A DNA stretch of 62,746 nt, filler included. It is 4 parts of 4 records of this genome, joined end to end, with 100 filler letters (N's around TTAATTAATTAA, not from the genome) between each part and the next. Parts side by side here need not be neighbours in the genome. Positions count along the whole stretch, not along the records: positions 1 to 27,105 come from SRR20825019_1721; 3 more parts are not named here. One strand, given 5' to 3'. The notes beneath the pieces were generated by a model. It was not told the origin of the DNA and did not search any database. It saw only the letters and a list, made by a program, of their open reading frames with translations. Positions 1 through 10,154 of the stretch are shown one piece after another; positions within the stretch are counted from its first letter, which is position 1, and each line of letters begins with the position of its first letter. The position numbers and the translations under genes are program-made.

Positions 1-756
1 ATCAAACACGCCAACCCATGCGGCGTGGCAAAAGGCGCAACGCTCAAGGAAGCCTATGAGAAGGCCCTGAAATGTGACCCGGTTTCCGCCTTTGGTGGTA
101 TTGTGGCATTGAATGGCACGCTGGATGCAGACACAGCGACCGAGATCGTCAAGGTCTTCACCGAGGTGATTATCGCCCCCAATGTCACCGATGACGCCAA
201 AGCGATTATTGCGGCGAAGAAAAACCTGCGCCTGCTCACCACTGGTGGCCTTGCGGACCCGGCACAGGCTGCCAAAATGGTGAAGTCTGTTTCTGGGGGT
301 TATCTGGTGCAGAACCGGGATACCGGCCGCATCACACTCGATGACCTGAAGGTGGTGACCAAACGCGCGCCGTCGGACGATGAGCTCAAGGACATGCTGT
401 TCGCCTTCCAGGTTGGCAAACATGTGAAATCAAACGCCATCGTTTATGTGCGGGACGGCATGACCGTGGGCATCGGCGCAGGCCAGATGAACCGGCGGGA
501 CAGCAGCCGTATCGCCGCCATCCGTGCCGGTGAAGCCGCCGAGATGGCGGGCGAAAGCGAGAGCCTCGCCAAAGGCAGCGTGGTGGCAAGTGACGCCTTC
601 TTCCCGTTTGCGGACGGCCTGCTGGCTGCTGCGGAAGCGGGGGCAACAGCGATCATCCAGCCGGGCGGCAGCATGCGCGACGAGGAAGTGATCACCGCCG
701 CAGATGAAGCGGGCCTTGCCATGGTGTTCACTGGCATGCGCCACTTCCGCCATTAA
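1..756 (+). CDS. purH: Bifunctional AICAR transformylase/IMP cyclohydrolase, 3' part (5' truncated)
   Basis: Frame opens at base 1 (IKHANPCG); contains [25 protein letters not shown] and the C-terminal [11 protein letters not shown]. Confidence 0.97.
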   Translation: MKHANPCGVAKGATLKEAYEKALKCDPVSAFGGIVALNGTLDADTATEIVKVFTEVIIAPNVTDDAKAIIAAKKNLRLLTTGGLADPAQAAKMVKSVSGGYLVQNRDTGRITLDDLKVVTKRAPSDDELKDMLFAFQVGKHVKSNAIVYVRDGMTVGIGAGQMNRRDSSRIAAIRAGEAAEMAGESESLAKGSVVASDAFFPFADGLLAAAEAGATAIIQPGGSMRDEEVITAADEAGLAMVFTGMRHFRH

Positions 757-778
757 GATCAGCGGGCGTGCGAGACAT

Positions 779-1195
779 TCATGAGGCGCTTTCGAGCGCC
801 TCTTTTATTTTGGCGATGGTGTCACCTCGTGCGGCGGGCACATAGGCTTTCGCTGGCACTTTACCCCACACAGGGCCGGGCCAGGCGACGTCCCCCTCAT
901 AGCGCGCGATGATATGGATATGGAGCTGCGCCACCATATTGCCAAGCGCAGCCACATTCATCTTATCCGCCTCAAACAGCGTCTCCATCACAGATGCCAC
1001 ATGGCTGATTTCCCGCATCAGGGTTTGCTGGTCAGCCTCCTTGAGCGCATGTATCTCGCGGACCTCAGCGCGTTCAGGCACCAGAACGAGCCACGGGTAT
1101 GTGCTGTCGTTCATCATAAGCACACGGCAAAGGCGCAGGGAGCAGATTTCCACCGTATCTGCAAGTAGTTGCGGGTGAAGCTCAAATTCTGTCAT
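779..1195 (-). CDS. HIT-family protein
   Basis: FELHPQL start, PWLVLVP, NVAALGNMVAQLHIHII histidine-triad-like motif. Confidence 0.9.
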   Translation of the reverse strand: MTEFELHPQLLADTVEICSLRLCRVLMMNDSTYPWLVLVPERAEVREIHALKEADQQTLMREISHVASVMETLFEADKMNVAALGNMVAQLHIHIIARYEGDVAWPGPVWGKVPAKAYVPAARGDTIAKIKEALESAS

Positions 1196-1231
1196 AGTGG
1201 TTTTCCATAACGCGATTGGGGGATTGTTTAT

Positions 1232-1687
1232 ATGGCACCTTATTACCGGATCAGGCCAGCCAATGAGGAGGATATTTTTTTCATTCGGGCGTTAGAGCTC
1301 GACCCGGCAAATCAATATGTACACTGCTGGGACGAAGATACCCACCGCGAAAAAATGGCGCACCCCAGTTACCATTATTTCGTCGCGGAAGATGTTGAAG
1401 AAAAACCGCTGGGCTACGCGATCCTGACTTATAACACACCCGAACGCCTGGAATGGCGCCGGATCATCGTGGCGCGGCGTGGTGCCGGGCTTGGCACTAC
1501 CTTCATGCGAGACATACTGAAACATTTCTCCAAAGACCAGACACTCAAAACCATCCGGCTCGATGTGTATGAAGAGAATGCCCGCGCGCGGCATGTTTAT
1601 GCGTCGCTTGGTTTTAGGGAGACAGGCACCGATATAGCAAAAGTGCCAGGCCGCACCCTCATACTGATGGAAATCGATAACACCTGA
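1232..1687 (+). CDS. GNAT-family N-acetyltransferase
   Basis: IRPA start, RGAGLGT acetyl-CoA motif, LDVYEENARARHVYASLGF. Confidence 0.88.
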   Translation: MAPYYRIRPANEEDIFFIRALELDPANQYVHCWDEDTHREKMAHPSYHYFVAEDVEEKPLGYAILTYNTPERLEWRRIIVARRGAGLGTTFMRDILKHFSKDQTLKTIRLDVYEENARARHVYASLGFRETGTDIAKVPGRTLILMEIDNT

Positions 1688-1700
1688 AAATCAGCAACAA

Positions 1701-1733
1701 AAACCGCTGCCAAAATTGCCTCGGCAGCGGTTT
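1701..1733. terminator. Intrinsic terminator hairpin between convergent genes
   Basis: AAACCGCTGCC-N11-GGCAGCGGTTT inverted repeat. Confidence 0.7.
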
Positions 1734-1744
1734 CACGTGAAATA
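1729..1744. promoter_or_regulatory. parS-like palindrome
   Basis: GGTTTCACGTGAAATA matches 14/16 of the parS consensus TGTTTCACGTGAAACA; intergenic. Confidence 0.5.
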
Positions 1745-1754
1745 AGAGTGCACC

Positions 1755-2177
1755 TTAGGCTGAGGGGTCTTCCTCTTCCTCGTCTTCGTGCTCATCCTTC
1801 TCTTTTTTGGCCTTATCCTTCATCTTTTTGGCGTGCTTCTTGTGCTCTTTTGCCATGTCCTTGGCATGTTTTTTATGAGCCTTAGCCATATCCTTGGCGT
1901 GTCTCTTGTGTTCCTTGCCCATGTCTTTGGCTTGTTTCTTGTGGGCTTTGGCAATGGCCTTGTCGCACTTGGCTTGGGCTTTGGCCCTGTCGTCATCGGA
2001 CCCGCCTTCGGCCTTTTTCATCGCCGCGTCGCACTTGGTTTGTGCTTTTTCCATCGCCGCCTTGTGCACGTCGTGCATGTCACCCTTCTCGTGGTGATCA
2101 AGCGCCTGCGCCGCACCAAAGCCTGTGACAGCAAAACAGGTAGCAAAAATGATGGTGATAACCGGGAGCTTTTTCAT
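1755..2177 (-). CDS. Secreted Lys/His/Ala-rich protein with four 11-aa repeats and an acidic tail
   Basis: GGAGG RBS, signal peptide MKKLPV...AAQA, repeats of KAHKKHAKDMA type. Confidence 0.8.
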   Translation of the reverse strand: MKKLPVITIIFATCFAVTGFGAAQALDHHEKGDMHDVHKAAMEKAQTKCDAAMKKAEGGSDDDRAKAQAKCDKAIAKAHKKQAKDMGKEHKRHAKDMAKAHKKHAKDMAKEHKKHAKKMKDKAKKEKDEHEDEEEEDPSA

Positions 2178-2281
2178 CTTCCCCTCCTCAGATGACCTTC
2201 GGTTCGTCGAATACTCGCTAGGTATACTAGCGCACTTTGAAGCCCCCCACTACTGCGGAGGGCTAGACTCACGCATTAGTG

Positions 2282-3754
2282 CTATTCGCCTGCCGAGCGC
2301 CGCATGAGTTTCTCAAAAAAATCCACCTGCCGGGCGATCACAGTGATGGGTACGGCTTCATTGGTGCCGTGGATACGCTTGAGATCCTCGGGTTTGAACA
2401 CAAACGGCATGAAACGGTACACCCCATCTGCCACAGCGTCATAGTGCCGCGCGTCTGTCCCCTGTACCGTGAGTGTGGGCGCAATGGGGATATCGCTAAA
2501 TTCATCCCGGATCGTGGCTTCAATGGTTTTATAACCTTCGCCCAGAGCATCCGACATGCTGGTGGCCTCACGCCCACCACCCAGGTTGGTGATGGTGACT
2601 CGCTCGTCATCCACAAGGCTACGCGCACGTTCGGTCACGCTCTCCACCGTATCGCGGGGGTGAATGCGGTAGTTCACGACCGCTTCGCCGTACTGCGGCA
2701 GAATGTTGGTTTTGGTGCCCGATTTCATCATGGTGAAGGCTGTTGTTGTGCGCATGAAAGCCGCCACGGTCGGACTTTTTGAAAGCTCCACCTCGAGCAG
2801 CGGACGGGTGAGCCACAGGTTCGCGATCATCATACGGTTGATGAAAGGCTGCTCAGGCGCCACAGCAAATAAAAACTCCTCCAGATGCTCATCCAGCACC
2901 GGGTCATAGGGGTTGTCCATCACCGCCACACCCGCTTTGGCGGCAAGACTTGCAGCCGTAAACTCTTTTGGTGCGCTTGAGTGCCCGCCTTCATCTTCGG
3001 CCGAAAACCGGAGGGTGACTGAGCCTTTTTCACCAAGGCTCACGAGCGCCACCGGGCTTTTGATACCGGGCACAATACCGTCTGTCATTGCGGAGCCCTC
3101 ATCCATCGCCCACGCGAGCTGTACGCCCTTGGCCGCGAGGCGTTCGGCCATCTTGATCGCACCCAGATCGCCGCCCAGTTCTTCATCATGCCCAAAAAGG
3201 AAATAGATATCCCGGTCTGGGGTGAAACCCGCGATCGCCAGCCGTTCCGCCGCTTCCATCAAAGAGATCAATATGCCCTTGTCATCAAGTGCGCCACGCC
3301 CCCAAAGCACACCGTCCTCATCGATCACACCGTCAAACGGTGGATACTTCCAATCCTTCAGCCCATATTCGGGGATTGGCACCACATCCATATGAGCCAG
3401 AAGGGCGATCGGTTTTTTGCTGCTCTCTACCCCCGCAGGCCAGCGGTACATCAGGGAATAGTCTGAGACGACTTCCTTCTCCATCACTCGGTGCACGTTT
3501 GGATAAGTAGTTTCAAGGAAGGCGTGGAAACCCTTGAATGCCTCATCATCAGGCGCCTCTTCAAAGCTATGGCTGATGGTCGGGAACCGGATGGCGGCGG
3601 CAAGGTTCTCACCGATGCGGCGGGCTTCAACAGGGTCTATTTCCGCACTTCTAAGCGTTCGTGCCTCGCCCGCTGGCAGCATCACAAAGGTGCGCGTCAC
3701 CATCACGGTGATCAGCACCAACAGCGTGAGGCCGAGAAGTTTCAAGATACGCAT
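2282..3754 (-). CDS. M20 peptidase (PM20D1/carboxypeptidase S-like) with N-terminal anchor
   Basis: LAHMDVVP, WGRGALDDKG, FGHDEE, GGHSS, GTDARHY, RIHGTNE. Confidence 0.92.
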   Translation of the reverse strand: MRILKLLGLTLLVLITVMVTRTFVMLPAGEARTLRSAEIDPVEARRIGENLAAAIRFPTISHSFEEAPDDEAFKGFHAFLETTYPNVHRVMEKEVVSDYSLMYRWPAGVESSKKPIALLAHMDVVPIPEYGLKDWKYPPFDGVIDEDGVLWGRGALDDKGILISLMEAAERLAIAGFTPDRDIYFLFGHDEELGGDLGAIKMAERLAAKGVQLAWAMDEGSAMTDGIVPGIKSPVALVSLGEKGSVTLRFSAEDEGGHSSAPKEFTAASLAAKAGVAVMDNPYDPVLDEHLEEFLFAVAPEQPFINRMMIANLWLTRPLLEVELSKSPTVAAFMRTTTAFTMMKSGTKTNILPQYGEAVVNYRIHPRDTVESVTERARSLVDDERVTITNLGGGREATSMSDALGEGYKTIEATIRDEFSDIPIAPTLTVQGTDARHYDAVADGVYRFMPFVFKPEDLKRIHGTNEAVPITVIARQVDFFEKLMRRSAGE

Positions 3755-3852
3755 ATAGTCCCCCTGAGAACATAAGATGTCAGACCAGATATCTAGATCG
3801 TTCTAACTCTAATTCCAGACCTGTCATGCGGTTCAGTCGGGGATACCGATGC

Positions 3853-3877
3853 AAAAAGGCCGGGAAGCCCCGGCCTT
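3853..3877 (-). terminator. Intrinsic terminator downstream of the 3924-4295 gene
   Basis: AAGGCCGGG-loop-CCCGGCCTT stem with a U-tract on the minus strand. Confidence 0.7.
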
Positions 3878-3923
3878 CGTTGCCTGTATAGTCGCATCAT
3901 AGGCGCATCAAGCCTGCCGCTGA

Positions 3924-4295
3924 TTAATAGCAACTTGTCGCCGTTACATTGGCTTGTTTTGAATTGCCGCCCGCGGGTTTGACCGGGCAGGTCATGGCTT
4001 CGCTATTTGGCATAGTGGCCTGAGACTGACATTGCCCGATACCAGAACTGTTTACCGTAGCAGTGCATGAGGTCACAACAGTGGAACCGCAGGTTAGTGA
4101 AATCGTAAACGCATCGCCTTCTTTACCGCTCACACTGATGCCCGCAACGCCCGTGTTACCTTTGCTGCAGCTTTGGCCTTGCGCCTGCGACGGCACAACA
4201 TGCTGATCATTTGATACCGCTTCAACCGCGGTCCCGATTGTCGTGAACCCCAGCATTGCGGCACTCGCCAGCAGTAGTGAAATTGATGAACCCAT
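3924..4295 (-). CDS. Small secreted protein with 6 Cys, function unknown
   Basis: AGGAGG RBS, hydrophobic signal peptide, own terminator. Confidence 0.7.
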   Translation of the reverse strand: MGSSISLLLASAAMLGFTTIGTAVEAVSNDQHVVPSQAQGQSCSKGNTGVAGISVSGKEGDAFTISLTCGSTVVTSCTATVNSSGIGQCQSQATMPNSEAMTCPVKPAGGNSKQANVTATSCY

Positions 4296-4385
4296 AATCG
4301 CCTCCTTTGTTGAGCTATCAGAGAAACGACGTTTTCGGGGCCGGTTTGTGAGCTATTCCCAGCTGTCAGGCACCCTTACCAGGGT

Positions 4386-4805
4386 CTAGAAATGCACAAT
4401 CACAGGTGCGAGCATATACATACCGTCACTTTCCGGCTGAACGGATTTGAAACCGAGCTTTTCGTAAAACACCGGCTCATCACCAACCAATGTGATATAG
4501 GCCTTTGGCGGCGCTACGCGCTCCAGATATTTCATCAGGTACCGCATCACTGTTTTACCAAGGCCTTTGCCCTGATAAGCGGGGTCTACAGCTACATCAA
4601 CAATTTCAAAATTCAAGCCCCCGTCACCAACAATACGGCCCATGGCAATGGCTCGGTCGCCTGCGAGAATTTGCACACCATAAAGCGAGTTTGGCAGGCC
4701 GAGGCGCGCACCCTCTGCGTCTCGCGCGATGAGCCCTGAAACCTCACGGAGCCTCATAAAATCATCCACTGACACCGGCTTCTCAAGCACGTCAAAATGC
4801 GTCAT
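4386..4805 (-). CDS. GNAT-family acetyltransferase
   Basis: MGRIVGDG, DVAVDPAYQGKGLG, FYEKLGF; start moved to MTHFD, just after the nth stop. Confidence 0.88.
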   Translation of the reverse strand: MTHFDVLEKPVSVDDFMRLREVSGLIARDAEGARLGLPNSLYGVQILAGDRAIAMGRIVGDGGLNFEIVDVAVDPAYQGKGLGKTVMRYLMKYLERVAPPKAYITLVGDEPVFYEKLGFKSVQPESDGMYMLAPVIVHF

Positions 4806-4807
4806 GG

Positions 4808-5461
4808 TTATATCGTCTTTTCCTTGAAGAGGCAGATATCGGTGAGCTTGCACTTGGCGCAGTCTGGCTTGCGCGCCTTGCAGATATAGCGCCCGAGCAG
4901 GATAAGCCAGTGATGCGCATGCAACTGAAACGGCTCGGGGATCACTTTCATCAGCGCGTCTTCCACACGGTCCACATTCTTGCCGGGCGCGAGGCCGGTG
5001 CGGTTTGATACCCGGAAAATATGCGTATCCACGGCACAGGTTGGTTGGCCAAACGCAATATTCAGAACCACATTTGCGGTTTTGCGGCCCACGCCCGCCA
5101 GAGCCTGCAGCTCTTCCCGTGTTTCCGGCACTTTGGAGCCGTGTTTTTCAATCAGGTCACGGCAGAGCTTGATAACATTCTCGGCCTTGGCGTTATAGAG
5201 CCCAATGGTTTTGATGTGGGATTTCAGCCCATCAACACCTAGCGCAAGCATCTTCTCAGGCGTGTCGGCCACCGGCCACAGGTTCTTCGTGGCCTTGTTC
5301 ACCCCCACATCGGTCGCTTGGGCCGACAGCACCACAGCCACCAAAAGCGTGAACTCATTCACATAGTCAAGCTCGCCTTCGGGGTTTGGGTTGTCTTCCG
5401 CGAGACGCGCGAAAAACTCAAAAATCTGTGCGCGATTCAATTTTGAATATTTTCCCGCCAT
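4808..5461 (-). CDS. nth: Endonuclease III
   Basis: LSAQATD, HhH motif LAGVGRKTANVV, VDTH, C-terminal C-x6-C-x2-C-x5-C Fe-S motif. Confidence 0.97.
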   Translation of the reverse strand: MAGKYSKLNRAQIFEFFARLAEDNPNPEGELDYVNEFTLLVAVVLSAQATDVGVNKATKNLWPVADTPEKMLALGVDGLKSHIKTIGLYNAKAENVIKLCRDLIEKHGSKVPETREELQALAGVGRKTANVVLNIAFGQPTCAVDTHIFRVSNRTGLAPGKNVDRVEDALMKVIPEPFQLHAHHWLILLGRYICKARKPDCAKCKLTDICLFKEKTI

Positions 5462-6213
5462 TACCTGAGCCCTTCCGCAAGGTTAGCCACCACCCGCACA
5501 AGACGGGCAAGGTCCACATCACGCGAAAGGCGGTGATCCCCGCCCGGCACAAGGACGACCTCAACGTCCTCGCCGGTGATGTTATCTGCGATGCGCATGG
5601 CCGTCTGCCACGGCACGTCAGGGTCGGCGGTGCCCTGAATGAGGCGCACAGGGATATCAAGGTGGATAGGGCCGTGGTTCACGCGGTTCCGCCAACCGTC
5701 TTCAAACAGGTCACGGGTGAAAACATAAGGGTCTGGGCCATAATCACTGGGCACCAACAAACGGCCTTCGGTGAGGATGGTGTTGCGCTCAACCTCCGTC
5801 AGCGCGTCCCAATGCCAGAGCGTGAAATCAGGTGCTGCAGCGAGGCCCACGAGCGCCTTCACCCGCGCGCGCCGTGCTTTTGCGGCCAGAAGCGCGATCC
5901 AGCCTCCCATGGAACTGCCAACAAGGATTTGGGGGCCTGTCGTCAGCCGGTCGATCACCGCAAGCGCATCCTTGAGCCAAAGGCCGATGGTGCCATCCGC
6001 AAATTCGCCGGATGATTGCCCGTGCCCCTGATAATCAAACCGCACGAACGCGTGGCCTTCGCGCCGCGCCTGTTCCTCCAGCGCCAACGCCTTTGAGCCT
6101 TCCATATCGCTCATAAAACCGCCAAGAAACACCACGCCCGGCCCCGCGCCATTGGTGCGGTGATAGGCGATTTTTGTACCGTGCTCGGTTTCCATGAAGG
6201 ATGATTCTGTCAT
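5461..6213 (-). CDS. Alpha/beta hydrolase (ABHD10-like)
   Basis: GFMSDMEGSKA, GSSMGG nucleophile elbow, AAAPDFT, DPDVP, GDHRLS. Confidence 0.9.
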   Translation of the reverse strand: MTESSFMETEHGTKIAYHRTNGAGPGVVFLGGFMSDMEGSKALALEEQARREGHAFVRFDYQGHGQSSGEFADGTIGLWLKDALAVIDRLTTGPQILVGSSMGGWIALLAAKARRARVKALVGLAAAPDFTLWHWDALTEVERNTILTEGRLLVPSDYGPDPYVFTRDLFEDGWRNRVNHGPIHLDIPVRLIQGTADPDVPWQTAMRIADNITGEDVEVVLVPGGDHRLSRDVDLARLVRVVANLAEGLR

Positions 6214-6373
6214 ACTCAAATTCCCCGGTGCCAGATCTATGTGACTTGTGAGTGACCCTAGCAGGGGTCTTTTTAAGGCTCAACGATAGAAAAACCAAGG
6301 CATTGCTTGACTTCCACGCAGGGGATAGTTAACTCGCGAATTCCATATTTTCTATTTTGAGGAAACCAGACCA

Positions 6374-8359
6374 ATGAACGAGAACGAGAGTGTCAAAAAC
6401 CCGGTCAACCTGCGCCTGCCAGATGGCAGCGTGCGCACGTTTGATGGCCCGGTGACCGGCACCACCCTCGCCGCCGACATTGGACCCGGTCTCCTCAAGG
6501 CTGCGCTTGCCATCAAAGTGAATGGCGAGCTGTGGGATCTAGGCCGTGAAATTGAAGCGGATTCGGACGTTTCCATCATCACCAAACGTGACGATGACGG
6601 GCTTGAGCTGATGCGCCACGACGCTGCGCACATCATGGCCGAAGCCGTACAGGAACTGTTCCCCGGCACGCAGGTTACCATCGGCCCGGTTATTGAAGAC
6701 GGCTTCTTCTATGATTTCGCGCGCGACAAGCCGTTCACAGAAGAAGACCTAGAGGTGATTGAAAAGCGCATGCACGAGATCGTGAAGCGTGATGAGGAAA
6801 TCATCCGCGAGGTATGGGACCGTGATGAAGCTGTCGCTTACTTTAAGAAGATCGGTGAGCATTATAAAGCAGAGCTGATTGAGGCGATCCCGGCGGGCGA
6901 AGCTGTCACCATTTACCGGCAAGGCAACTGGCTTGACCTGTGCCGTGGGCCACACCTGCCTTCAACGGGCAAGCTGGGCGACGCTTTCAAATTGATGAAG
7001 GTTGCGGGCGCTTATTGGCGCGGTGACAGCAAAAACGAGATGCTGACGCGCATATACGGTACCTGCTGGACCGACAAGAAAGAACTGAAAGCCTATCTTC
7101 TTCGCCTCGAGGAAGCAGCAAAACGCGACCACCGTAAGCTGGGCCGCGAGATGGACCTGTTCCACCTGCAGGAAGAAGCACAGGGTAGCGTTTTCTGGCA
7201 CCCGCAGGGTTACACCATCTGGCTGCAGATGGAAAAATACATCCGTGGCAGGCTGCAAGGTGCTGGTTACCGCGAAGTAAAAACTCCTCAGCTTCTCGAC
7301 AGCAAGTTCTGGGAACAGTCGGGCCACTGGTCCAAGTTCCGTGAAAATATGTTCGTGGTGCCGGATGAGATCCCGAGCACAGAAGAAGATGCGCCGGTTC
7401 TGTCAGGCGATGCCAAGCTGATGGCGTTGAAGCCCATGAACTGCCCGGCACACGTGCAGATTTTTAAGCAAGGCATCAAGTCCTACCGTGACCTGCCGAT
7501 CCGTTTTGCCGAATTTGGCTGCTGTCACCGCAACGAAGCGCACGGCGCGCTGCACGGCTTGATGCGCGTGCGCCAGATGACACAGGACGACGCCCACATC
7601 TTCTGCCGGGAAGATCAGGTAACGGAAGAAAGTGTCGCTTTCTGTGCGCTGCTTGCCAGCGTTTACCGCGATCTTGGCTTCCCTGACTTCAAGGTTAAGC
7701 TGGCCACGCGCCCTGAGATGCGCGCTGGCACCGATGAGATTTGGGACAAGGCCGAAGGCGCCCTTGAAGCTGCGCTTAGGGCTGCGGAGCTTGAGTTTGA
7801 ATACGCCCCCGGTGAAGGCGCGTTCTATGGGCCAAAACTTGAGTTCCACCTCTCGGACGCCATTGGTCGCACCTGGCAGTGTGGTACGCTGCAAACTGAC
7901 TTTGTGCTGCCGGAACGACTGGACGCGAGCTACGTGGGCGAAGACGGCGTTAAGCACCGCCCGGTGATGCTGCACCGCGCCATCCTTGGCACGCTCGAGC
8001 GTTTTATTGGCATCATGATCGAGCATTATGCCGGCAAGATGCCGCTTTGGCTTGCACCAACCCAAATTGTCGTCGCGCCGATCACCTCTGAGGCGGATAG
8101 TTATGCGCAAAGCGTTGCAGACAAGCTTGAAGCCCTTGGCATGCGGGTGAAAACGGACCTCAGGAATGAGAAGATCAACTATAAAGTCCGTGAACATAGC
8201 CACGCCAAAGTACCGGTGATTTTGGTTGTGGGCATGCGCGAAGCGGAAGAGGGCAAAGTGTCCATGCGGCGCCTTGGCTCAAACGAGAATAAAGTGATGC
8301 CGTTTGAGGAAGCAGCAAGCGCACTCGCCGCTGAATCAGAGATGCCAACTGGCAACTAA
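6374..8359 (+). CDS. thrS: Threonine--tRNA ligase
   Basis: TGS domain, DLCRGPH, RDHRKLG, KPMNCP, GAFYGPK, HRAILG. Confidence 0.99.
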   Translation: MNENESVKNPVNLRLPDGSVRTFDGPVTGTTLAADIGPGLLKAALAIKVNGELWDLGREIEADSDVSIITKRDDDGLELMRHDAAHIMAEAVQELFPGTQVTIGPVIEDGFFYDFARDKPFTEEDLEVIEKRMHEIVKRDEEIIREVWDRDEAVAYFKKIGEHYKAELIEAIPAGEAVTIYRQGNWLDLCRGPHLPSTGKLGDAFKLMKVAGAYWRGDSKNEMLTRIYGTCWTDKKELKAYLLRLEEAAKRDHRKLGREMDLFHLQEEAQGSVFWHPQGYTIWLQMEKYIRGRLQGAGYREVKTPQLLDSKFWEQSGHWSKFRENMFVVPDEIPSTEEDAPVLSGDAKLMALKPMNCPAHVQIFKQGIKSYRDLPIRFAEFGCCHRNEAHGALHGLMRVRQMTQDDAHIFCREDQVTEESVAFCALLASVYRDLGFPDFKVKLATRPEMRAGTDEIWDKAEGALEAALRAAELEFEYAPGEGAFYGPKLEFHLSDAIGRTWQCGTLQTDFVLPERLDASYVGEDGVKHRPVMLHRAILGTLERFIGIMIEHYAGKMPLWLAPTQIVVAPITSEADSYAQSVADKLEALGMRVKTDLRNEKINYKVREHSHAKVPVILVVGMREAEEGKVSMRRLGSNENKVMPFEEAASALAAESEMPTGN

Positions 8360-8494
8360 TGTGGCTAATCTGTAACAGTCTGCCAAAGCCCGCGCTTTTC
8401 AAGGCTTTGCACAGCGCACGTTACAAGCTATAGTACAAGTGCAAGGCGGGCTACATGTGTGGCCCGCCACTTAACTTCGACAGGAGAACCGACC

Positions 8495-9031
8495 ATACGT
8501 AGAGGGCAATTTGCGACCCCACCCAAACAGGAAGGGCCGCGCGTTAACGATCAGATCAGGGTAAGAGAAGTCCGGCTGATCGGAGCTAATGGTGAAAACC
8601 ACGGTGTCGTGACAACGGCTGAAGCGATGAATATCGCGGCAGACTCAGGCCTTGATCTCGTCGAGATCTCGCCAAACGCGGAACCGCCCGTATGCAAGGT
8701 TCTCGATTACGGCAAGTTCAAATACGAGCAGCAGAAGAAAGCTAATGCTGCCCGCAAAAACCAGAAAACTCAGGAAGTCAAAGAGATCAAGATGCGTCCG
8801 GGCATTGATGTTCATGACTACCAGACCAAAATGAAGAAGATTCACCAGTTCATCGAAAAAGGTGACAAGGTGAAGGTAACCATCCGCTTCCGTGGCCGTG
8901 AAATGGCACACCAGGAGCTGGGCATGGAAGTTCTTCACAAGGTTGCAGGTGAGATGGAAGAAGAAGCCAAGATCGAAGCGCGCCCCAAGATGGAAGGCCG
9001 CCAGATGATCATGGTGATCTCACCAAAATAA
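8495..9031 (+). CDS. infC: Translation initiation factor IF-3, probable non-AUG (ATA) start
   Basis: [39 protein letters not shown] 8 nt before the in-frame ATA at 8495. Confidence 0.95.
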   Translation: MRRGQFATPPKQEGPRVNDQIRVREVRLIGANGENHGVVTTAEAMNIAADSGLDLVEISPNAEPPVCKVLDYGKFKYEQQKKANAARKNQKTQEVKEIKMRPGIDVHDYQTKMKKIHQFIEKGDKVKVTIRFRGREMAHQELGMEVLHKVAGEMEEEAKIEARPKMEGRQMIMVISPK

Positions 9032-9062
9032 GCATACCTGACAATGGGTGATGCCAGCGAAC

Positions 9063-9089
9063 AACCGCCTCATTTTGGGGCGGTTTTTT
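9063..9089 (+). terminator. Intrinsic terminator after infC
   Basis: AACCGCCTCA/TGGGGCGGTT stem followed by a T-run. Confidence 0.85.
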
Positions 9090-9129
9090 GTTGGCCAGAA
9101 AAGCTAGCGGTTTGCGGCCCTAGAAATAT

Positions 9130-9669
9130 CTATTTGACTGTATAGTCCCGACCTTCGAGGCAAGCGCCCATCGCGCGGTCATAGTCCGCGACTTCATGAG
9201 ATAGATAACGCTGACTGAACGCAAGGTCGGCTTCATAGGCCTTCTCGGCTTTACGCTTTGCCCGGCGGTTCTTCAGTGTGGAACCGAGAAACCCCGCCCC
9301 CGCACCAATGAGTGCGGACTTCCCAATGCTACTGCCCGTGATCGCCCCAACCGCAGTACCCAGGGCAGCACCTCCCACGGCACCGCGCACCGAGCTACCG
9401 CGTTCCTTGGTATCTTGTGGAGGTACAGGAACGCTCAGCCCCGCGCGGCTGGGATCAAAGCCGGTTTGGCCTACTGCCCAGCTATGGCACTCATAGCGAT
9501 CACGGTCCTGTTGGGCCGTATCCTGGCCAGCTTTCGGATAGATGTAGATCTCCCGTTTCGCTGGTGCCGACGTCCCGGCCGCCGCCGGGATTGCGGAGAG
9601 TGCAAGGCCCAGTATCGCAAGTGGGCCTGCAATGCGGCCAATGATGGCGGTTCGTGTGGTTGCTGTCAT
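9130..9669 (-). CDS. Secreted glycine-zipper protein
   Basis: Signal peptide, YIYPKAGQ...DRYECHSWA, GAVGGAALGTAVGAITG zipper, ACLEGRDY. Confidence 0.85.
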   Translation of the reverse strand: MTATTRTAIIGRIAGPLAILGLALSAIPAAAGTSAPAKREIYIYPKAGQDTAQQDRDRYECHSWAVGQTGFDPSRAGLSVPVPPQDTKERGSSVRGAVGGAALGTAVGAITGSSIGKSALIGAGAGFLGSTLKNRRAKRKAEKAYEADLAFSQRYLSHEVADYDRAMGACLEGRDYTVK

Positions 9670-9702
9670 GACTATTGCCCTTCTGGTTATATTCCTGACC
9701 CA

Positions 9703-9731
9703 TTAGACGACCAGCCAGATGGTTTCATTCC
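9703..9731 (-). promoter_or_regulatory. Putative ECF sigma promoter GGAATGA-N15-CGTCTAA
   Basis: 33 nt upstream of the glycine-zipper start; identical boxes and spacing at 11720-11748. Confidence 0.75.
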
Positions 9732-9751
9732 ACACAGAACCGAAAAACCGT

Positions 9752-10150
9752 CTACTCCCGTATGTTCTGCAGCCGGACACGGATTCTCTCGCGTGCCTTA
9801 TACCACCGTGTCATCTGGTCTTCGGTCAGCCGGCCGGACAACTCACGCTCCATGCTGTCGATCAAGATCATAAACTCTTGTTTCTGATAGCCGACGAGGC
9901 TTTCAACCTCACGCCCTGTGGCAAGCAGGATCGCATTCACCTCTGTCTCTTGGTCCGCTTCCACAGGACCAATGAGGCGACTGACATGGCTTACAAAACC
10001 ATCCGCCGTTCGCATGTCACGCAGTACCTCCAGCCTGTCCCGGATCACAGCGCCAAGTATCGCAGCCCCCAAAAACATCCCCACGAGCAGCGTGGCAGTC
10101 AGCATGGCAGCCACTTTCAGGATCGGTTTTTTTGCTTTCATGTTGCTCAT
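9752..10150 (-). CDS. Membrane-anchored helical periplasmic accessory/sensor protein of the ECF module
   Basis: One N-terminal TM, helical domain ending LTEDQ; start directly after the anti-sigma stop. Confidence 0.65.
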   Translation of the reverse strand: MSNMKAKKPILKVAAMLTATLLVGMFLGAAILGAVIRDRLEVLRDMRTADGFVSHVSRLIGPVEADQETEVNAILLATGREVESLVGYQKQEFMILIDSMERELSGRLTEDQMTRWYKARERIRVRLQNIRE

Positions 10151-10154
10151 ACCC

